Positions 59,010 through 64,000 of a stretch of DNA of 64,000 nucleotides are shown here, in pieces. Numbering within the stretch: the stretch's first letter is position 1; each line of letters begins with the position of its first letter. The stretch lies in the IMG/VR virus record IMGVR_UViG_3300031993_000066, positions 4,107 through 68,106 of that record, one strand, 5' to 3'. The notes under the pieces are model-generated. The model was not told the DNA's origin. It ran no database searches and was given only the letters and a program-made list of their open reading frames with translations. The DNA comes from a virus. The translations under genes were made by a program, and so were the position numbers.

Positions 59010-60126
59010 TCCACTTTTTCAGCCCGTCTCCGTTGCAATGGGTGAGCAGCCCGTTGTAGCTCACGCAGACCTGCATGCAGTAGTCGAAATCGACCTCGCC
59101 CTGCCGGTATCGCTCCGCCAGATTTTTCAGCGCCCGCTTCATGTGCTTCGTGGTGCTCTTCCTCAGCAGAATATGGGTAGCCCAAATCCTCTTGCCGACA
59201 AATGGGATGCCGTGGGACATGGGAATGACCTGCGTTTTTCGGTTGCATTTCAGCCGCAGCTCCGCCTCCATGAACTTCCGTATGGCCTCCATCCATCCGT
59301 GGAGCGTCGCCTTGTCCGGCGCGAGGATGATGATGTCATCCATGTACCGGGTGTAGTACCTGATGTGAAGAACGTGCTTCGCGTACTGGTCGACCTCGTT
59401 CATCACGAGGTTCGCCGTCGTTTGCGACATCAGTGAGCCGATGGGTACGCCGACCTCGAACAGCCGGTCTTCCTTCGCCACCTCCATGCAGGTCTTTCCT
59501 TCCGGCAGGCCGAATGCCGTGTGCCGGCATCTGATGATGTTCCCGATGATCTTCAACAGCAGCGGGTCTTCGATGTACTTCCCGTACAGCTCCATGATGA
59601 CGTCGTGATCGAGCCTGTAAAAGAACTTCGCCACGTCGATCTTCCCGCACACCCAGCTCTTCGCATCCGGCTTCCGGCTGATCTGCCTCAGCCACCTTTG
59701 CAGGTTCTTCGCTGCTTCTACCGCGCCTTTCCCTTTGCGGCAAGCGTAGCTGTGGTAGATGTAGTGCTTTTCCAGAATAGGGCACAGCTCTCCGTATATG
59801 GCCTGCTGTGCCACGCGGTCTCTAAATTGCGAGACCTGGATAAGTCTCGTCTGCGGAATGCGGACATATCGTTCCTTGTAGAGGCCGCTTTCGTATTCGC
59901 CGCTGAGGAAGTCCGCTTCGAGCGACAGCAGGTTTGCGCACAGGTCATTGTTGAATGCCATGACCTCAGGCCTGAACCGCTTGCCCTTGCTGCTTTCCTT
60001 GTTGGCACGGAGAAAATTGTCATAGGCCACGATGCGTTGCATCACACCTGATGCTTTCTGCACGAGTAACCTCCCGCATCGCTGCGCTGCGCGTGATATT
60101 CCTACCTTCGCAGCAAATGTGTTCAT
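58936..60126 (-). CDS. DGR reverse transcriptase
   Basis: FRDRVAQ, YACRKGKG, D..KFF, GVPIGSLMSQ (DGR-type), RYMDD. Confidence 0.95.
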   Translation of the reverse strand: MNTFAAKVGISRAAQRCGRLLVQKASGVMQRIVAYDNFLRANKESSKGKRFRPEVMAFNNDLCANLLSLEADFLSGEYESGLYKERYVRIPQTRLIQVSQFRDRVAQQAIYGELCPILEKHYIYHSYACRKGKGAVEAAKNLQRWLRQISRKPDAKSWVCGKIDVAKFFYRLDHDVIMELYGKYIEDPLLLKIIGNIIRCRHTAFGLPEGKTCMEVAKEDRLFEVGVPIGSLMSQTTANLVMNEVDQYAKHVLHIRYYTRYMDDIIILAPDKATLHGWMEAIRKFMEAELRLKCNRKTQVIPMSHGIPFVGKRIWATHILLRKSTTKHMKRALKNLAERYRQGEVDFDYCMQVCVSYNGLLTHCNGDGLKKWIEDNIAFTHGEPYEWDGRYEQIAA

Positions 60127-60248
60127 GGCGGGGTGTCCTGCCCGTCAACGGAAACATACTCCTTTGCCTCCGGGGCACTTCGCGGGAAGCCGTAGCCGCC
60201 CGCGTCTTATGGTCTATGCCGCGCTGCTGCGCGGCGTGGTGGAGGCAG

Positions 60249-60367
60249 AGCCGGAGCGGACGCCATAGTTCGTGTTCGTGTTCGACCGGGTGTTGTTGGC
60301 GTTCACGTAACCCAAACCAGTGTTGGACGTGTTGTTGTAGTTGCCGCCGCGCCGGGGGAACCGCTCA
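60249..60367 (-). ncRNA. DGR template repeat (TR)
   Basis: 119 bp matching 60884-61002 except at 13 adenines; 10 AAC codons in frame. Confidence 0.96.
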
Positions 60368-60422
60368 AAAAACAAGGCGCTATCGCTATGCAGTATGCTC
60401 CCCATGATAAAAGGCCCGGAAG

Positions 60423-60794
60423 CTACCGGCGGCGCGGCTGCGCTGCCTGCTTTGCTTCCAGAGCCTTTATCAATCCGCCGTTGATTCTGCCGAGTTCTTC
60501 GACCATCGCGCCCCACGTTTTGTGCTGATGCGGGGTGATGTACCCGCACCTCAGCGCGTAATCCATAAATGCTTTCAGCGCGTTCTTCCGCCGGTCGTAG
60601 GCTTTCAGGTTCGTCATCGTGTAAAAGCCGTTTCCGATGTCTGCCGCGATTTCCAGCATCTCGTAGCCCGCTGATCTGATGCGTGGCGTGATTCCGCTGC
60701 GCTCTTCTCGTGGGAAGTTTTTCAGCCGCCCTCGCATGTAGTCCAGCATGTCGGCTGTCTTCTCTTTCAGGATCAGGTCTTTTCCCTCAGCCAT
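60423..60794 (-). CDS. avd: DGR accessory variability determinant
   Basis: 123 aa helical; FPREER, YIT, ELGRINGGLIK; between target and TR. Confidence 0.9.
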   Translation of the reverse strand: MAEGKDLILKEKTADMLDYMRGRLKNFPREERSGITPRIRSAGYEMLEIAADIGNGFYTMTNLKAYDRRKNALKAFMDYALRCGYITPHQHKTWGAMVEELGRINGGLIKALEAKQAAQPRRR

Positions 60795-60827
60795 ATTCTG
60801 TTGCCCTCCGCTTCAAAAGGGGAGACG

Positions 60828-60845
60828 GGGGCGCTGCCGCGCCCC
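60828..60845 (-). promoter_or_regulatory. DGR target-recognition hairpin
   Basis: GGGGCGC-GGCA-GCGCCCC (GRNA loop) just downstream of VR. Confidence 0.8.
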
Positions 60846-60872
60846 TTTCAGGGTTCAGTTACCAGTTACCAG

Positions 60873-62081
60873 TCACTCCAAAAAGCCGGAGCGGACGCCA
60901 AAGTACGCGTTCGTGACCGACCGGGTGTTGCTGGCGTGCACGTAACCCAAACCAGAGTAGGACGTGTTGACGTAGAAGCCGCCGCGCCGGGGGAACCGCT
61001 CACCGCCGAAGTTGATGTACGTGTTTCCTTGCGTGGTGTCGCCACTGATCGGGAACAGACCCAGCTCTCGCATGATGCACGGGATGTAGGGCAGGTTCGT
61101 CGAGTTCACGGCCAGGTCTTTAAACTGCGTGCTCTTTTCGCCGATGGTCGTATCCGCGGTTACGGTGTCCAGCGTGATCTTACTGTTCAGCCAGTTCCAG
61201 TGCAAGGCTCCGGCGGTGCCGGGGGCAACGAGTGTGTAGCTGTCATCGCTGCTGCTCGGCAGGATGGCTTTCCACGCTGCGCTGTTCACGCTCAGGTCGG
61301 CACTGGGGTCTGCCGCGTTGTTATCCGCGAGAATCTGGATTTCTCCGTCAACGATGCGGTAGCCGTAGTCCTGATCGAAGCAGTTGCCGGTCAGATCGTC
61401 GATACCATTCGCCTTGCCGCCGAAGCGCCACGAGAGCGGGCCGCTGCCGGTCAGGGTGTTCAGGCCGTTCGGCTCGCTGTCACTGATCTGAGAGGCCACG
61501 GGAATGCCGCCGATGCGCCTGCCGCGTTCCCAATACAGCGGGCACACGTCCGGCTTCGTCGCAAGGGACGTGGTATGCGGGACGAGGCATGTATATGCGA
61601 CGCCCTGGAATACGCGGACGTCGTTCACGCTAACGTTCGCGTTCACGGCCCACTTCGTGCCGTCGCGGTAGTCTACGCCACGATCATTGTTGCCCTTGAC
61701 GGTGCTGCATCCGAGCTTCTTCGCCAGCAGGAGCAGCAGGCCGCTGTCCGCGACGGTCTTCGGACCGAAGCCGGTGCCGCAGGCTTTGATCTTCGCCAGC
61801 AGCTGGTCAGCTCCGAGGTTCACCAGCGGTGCCACGTTCGGGATGCTGTGGCAGGCGTTGTTGAAGTTTCCGCCCTTGTACACGGCGATCAGGCGGCGGC
61901 TGATTTCCTGCCCGTTGACGATGAACGCCGGGTGTGTGTGGTTCGGCAAGCTGGCGTCGAGATCGCTGCTCTTGCACTTGTAGATGGGGTAGAAGAAGTT
62001 CGGGGTGCCGTCCGCCGCGTACTTCACGACCCAGCCCATCTCTGCGGCGAACCGCTCAATGTTGTCCTTGACGGCCATCAC
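60873..62081 (-). CDS. DGR target protein, C-lectin/FGE-like fold (probable receptor-binding protein)
   Basis: HPAFIVNG, LTGSGP, GIDDLTGN, C-terminal RGG...G.R VR; follows tail fibre genes. Confidence 0.9.
   Translation of the reverse strand: MMAVKDNIERFAAEMGWVVKYAADGTPNFFYPIYKCKSSDLDASLPNHTHPAFIVNGQEISRRLIAVYKGGNFNNACHSIPNVAPLVNLGADQLLAKIKACGTGFGPKTVADSGLLLLLAKKLGCSTVKGNNDRGVDYRDGTKWAVNANVSVNDVRVFQGVAYTCLVPHTTSLATKPDVCPLYWERGRRIGGIPVASQISDSEPNGLNTLTGSGPLSWRFGGKANGIDDLTGNCFDQDYGYRIVDGEIQILADNNAADPSADLSVNSAAWKAILPSSSDDSYTLVAPGTAGALHWNWLNSKITLDTVTADTTIGEKSTQFKDLAVNSTNLPYIPCIMRELGLFPISGDTTQGNTYINFGGERFPRRGGFYVNTSYSGLGYVHASNTRSVTNAYFGVRSGFLE
60884..61002 (-). repeat. DGR variable repeat (VR)
   Basis: Encodes ERFPRRGGFYVNTSYSGLGYVHASNTRSVTNAYFGVRSG. 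Confidence 0.96.
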
Positions 62082-62233
62082 TCGTTACCTCCCTCGTTGA
62101 TCATCTCGACCAGTTCCTGATATTCCTCAATGGTAATGCGGTCGGCCATGAGGAACACGTCGAGCTTCTGCAGGGTGGCCTCCACGTCGTAGCCGCCCTT
62201 CTGGATAATCCGCTTCATCAGCTTATAGGTCAT
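62078..62233 (-). CDS. XkdX-like small protein
   Basis: MTYKLMKRII...KLDVF..DRIT.EEYQEL. Confidence 0.65.
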   Translation of the reverse strand: MTYKLMKRIIQKGGYDVEATLQKLDVFLMADRITIEEYQELVEMINEGGNE

Positions 62234-62313
62234 TGCGATTCCCTCCATTCGCTCCATGTCTTTTCTGTACTGCCGGTCTGTCCACCAGACGGCGATTCTC
62301 GTCAGCAGGTCGC

Positions 62314-62472
62314 TCATTCCGCATCCATCAGGGCGACGAGTTCCTGATACTGCTCCGTGGTGAGCCTGTCCGCCGCGAGGAATGCGTCCAACTTGTCCAT
62401 GATCGCTTCCCTGTCCAGCGTTCCGGCTTTCTTGTCGCGCTCGATGATGCGCTTCATCAGGTTATAGGCCAT
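62314..62472 (-). CDS. XkdX-like small protein (paralogue)
   Basis: MAYNLMKRII...KLDAF..DRLT.EQYQEL. Confidence 0.65.
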   Translation of the reverse strand: MAYNLMKRIIERDKKAGTLDREAIMDKLDAFLAADRLTTEQYQELVALMDAE

Positions 62473-62476
62473 CGCG

Positions 62477-62695
62477 TCATACCTCCATTCCGAGTTCCAG
62501 CATGGTGATTTCGTACAGCGCATCGGCCATCAGATCGTCGTGATCATTGACCTGCGCTTTGAGGTCGCGGTAGGGCTGAATCTTCGCTTCCCAACGGGCT
62601 TTCCGTTCGCGCTCCCACTCTTCCTCTTCTTCCGGGGTCGGGCCGGGTTCCGGCTCATCCGTCAGGATGACGGCCTCTTCGATGTTCTCAGGCAT
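62477..62695 (-). CDS. Small acidic tail-associated protein
   Basis: ORF with GGAGG RBS. Confidence 0.6.
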   Translation of the reverse strand: MPENIEEAVILTDEPEPGPTPEEEEEWERERKARWEAKIQPYRDLKAQVNDHDDLMADALYEITMLELGMEV

Positions 62696-62715
62696 CGTCT
62701 GTGTTCCTCCCTTCC

Positions 62716-63339
62716 TTAGGTTCCCAGCGCCGCGATCTGCGCCTCAGCGGTGATCAGCCGCTCTTCGAGGTCGCGCTGGATTGCGCCGTCGACGGAACGC
62801 TGCAGGTCTGCGTAGATCGTCGCTGCGATCAGGTCTCCGTTGCTCGGCACGTCGAGGTTCGCCCGTGCGCCTGCCGCGTCGGTTGCGTTCGTGCCGCCGT
62901 TTTCGATCTTTGTCTTGCCGGACAGCTTCGTGGCGTCCAGCGACGTGACCGGGATGGCGACGTTCCCGCTTCCGTCGAAGCTCGTAGCGGTGCCGGTCGC
63001 GCCGCCGGTCAGAGCAAACGTCCGGGCCGTCTCCAAAATCGCTGCCTTTTTCGCCACGATGTCGCCGCTCGCCAGCCCTGCCATCAGCCCGTCCAGCGTC
63101 ACGTCGCTGTGGCCCAGCTTCAGCATGACGAGGGTGTAGATCAGGTCTGCGAGCATGCTCGCCTCTCCGATTCCCTCTTCCTGCTTGTTGAAGTTGGTCG
63201 CGCTCATCGGGGTGCCCTGCTGCACTACCTCGCCGGGTGCCGGGGTGTAGGTTTTGCTGCCGTCGCTGTTGACCTGTTCGGTGTAGGTGTTCGGCCTTTC
63301 GACTACGTGGTCTTTCCAATCCGTCTGCGGATAAGGCAT
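62716..63339 (-). CDS. Tail fibre-like protein
   Basis: WKDHV, GTPMSATNFN..E.GI, LETART, SFDGSGNV, GGTNAT...ARANL. Confidence 0.8.
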   Translation of the reverse strand: MPYPQTDWKDHVVERPNTYTEQVNSDGSKTYTPAPGEVVQQGTPMSATNFNKQEEGIGEASMLADLIYTLVMLKLGHSDVTLDGLMAGLASGDIVAKKAAILETARTFALTGGATGTATSFDGSGNVAIPVTSLDATKLSGKTKIENGGTNATDAAGARANLDVPSNGDLIAATIYADLQRSVDGAIQRDLEERLITAEAQIAALGT

Positions 63340-63363
63340 TGTCTGTTCCCTCCCTTCTCAGCC

Positions 63364-63669
63364 TTATGTTTCGGTGATCGTAAACGCGAAGCGGTACAGA
63401 ATACCTTCCTGCACGTTCCTGCGCAAAATGGATTCCGCCTTGTTCGCCCAAAGACTGCCATTGTGGTCGTAGAGCTGGACTTCCGTCACGGTGATGTCTC
63501 CGCTCAGCGTGTGGTCGATGATGAACGTGATCGCCACCCTGCCGTCATCCATGATGTACGCGCTGCGGATGTCCGCCGTGTAGTAGTTGCTGCCGACCTT
63601 GTACTTCGCAAACGCGATGTTGTCCTTGATGCAGTTCTTCAAGGCGGTCAGCGCCGTGTTCGTGAGCAT
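63364..63669 (-). CDS. Baseplate/tail-fibre attachment protein
   Basis: ITVTEVQLYD..G; position in tail operon. Confidence 0.6.
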   Translation of the reverse strand: MLTNTALTALKNCIKDNIAFAKYKVGSNYYTADIRSAYIMDDGRVAITFIIDHTLSGDITVTEVQLYDHNGSLWANKAESILRRNVQEGILYRFAFTITET

Positions 63670-63856
63670 GTGCTGTCTCTCCCTTCGTTCCGATGCTTGC
63701 ATCCTTCGCACAGATACACAATGTTGCCCTTTTCGTCGATGAAGTGATCGGCTCCACTCTCATAGCACCGGCGGCATTTTCCTTCGCTGCTCCGATGCTT
63801 CAAAAGGTGCTTGAAAATCCCTCCGAACATTGAATCGTCCCCGTTTCTGGTCTTTT

Positions 63857-64000
63857 CTATAAAACACCTCCGCCGAGCGTGTACACGCCACAGGGGAGGT
63901 ATGGATAGGGGAATGCGCCTGCTTCCGGCTGCGCTCTGATCTGCCTGTCTTCAAGCCCGCTCGTCATGTTGTACTGCGGGATTGTGCCGCAGAACGTGTA
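63857..64000 (-). CDS. C-terminus of a baseplate/tail protein (partial)
   Basis: Open frame YTFCGTIPQ...YPYLPCG...VL*. Confidence 0.5.
   Translation of the reverse strand, partial: YTFCGTIPQYNMTSGLEDRQIRAQPEAGAFPYPYLPCGVYTLGGGVL

Larger units (their letters stand above)
1..64000. mobile_element. Temperate contractile-tail phage genome (partial, circularly permuted, attP form)
   Basis: Head, tail sheath/tube, terminase, replication, repressor, integrase and lysis modules present; no host housekeeping genes; phage genes on both sides of attP. Confidence 0.97.

Noticed and set aside
58936-60126. RT as group II intron, retron or Abi RT
   Set aside because: GxxxSQ motif, avd and the TR/VR pair identify a DGR
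1-60200. Second DGR variable repeat
   Set aside because: No further TR match found by eye in this window; sequence outside the window is unchecked
60214-60549. 111-aa ORF resembling the target C-terminus
   Set aside because: It is the open frame of the DGR template repeat and overlaps avd

Overview
The whole window is one GC-rich temperate, contractile-tailed (myovirus-type) phage of a Firmicutes/Clostridia-like host. It is seen in the excised or circularly permuted state: phage genes flank a joined attP (3' half of tRNA-Pro, ~48275-48319) and the tail operon runs off both window ends. Almost all genes are on the minus strand. From left to right: tail (tape measure, frameshifted chaperone, tube, sheath), head, portal and terminase; a ParB-flanked putative DNA-modification cluster; replication/recombination genes; immunity region and tyrosine integrase; an operator-controlled small-gene module with an ADP-ribosylglycohydrolase; lysis genes; and a complete diversity-generating retroelement (13/13 TR-VR mismatches at adenines). 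The most unusual items are: (1) a packaging-linked cluster of radical SAM, TET-associated-type glycosyltransferase, cytidylyltransferase and HAD/kinase with no TET or methylase; (2) a 1094-aa MuF head protein carrying a kinase-like and an ADP-ribosyltransferase-like domain, with a coupled putative immunity gene and a distant ADP-ribose eraser; (3) a dispersed ~100-bp phased DNA element; (4) an iteron array far from the initiator gene. All family assignments come from motifs read by eye; no searches were run.
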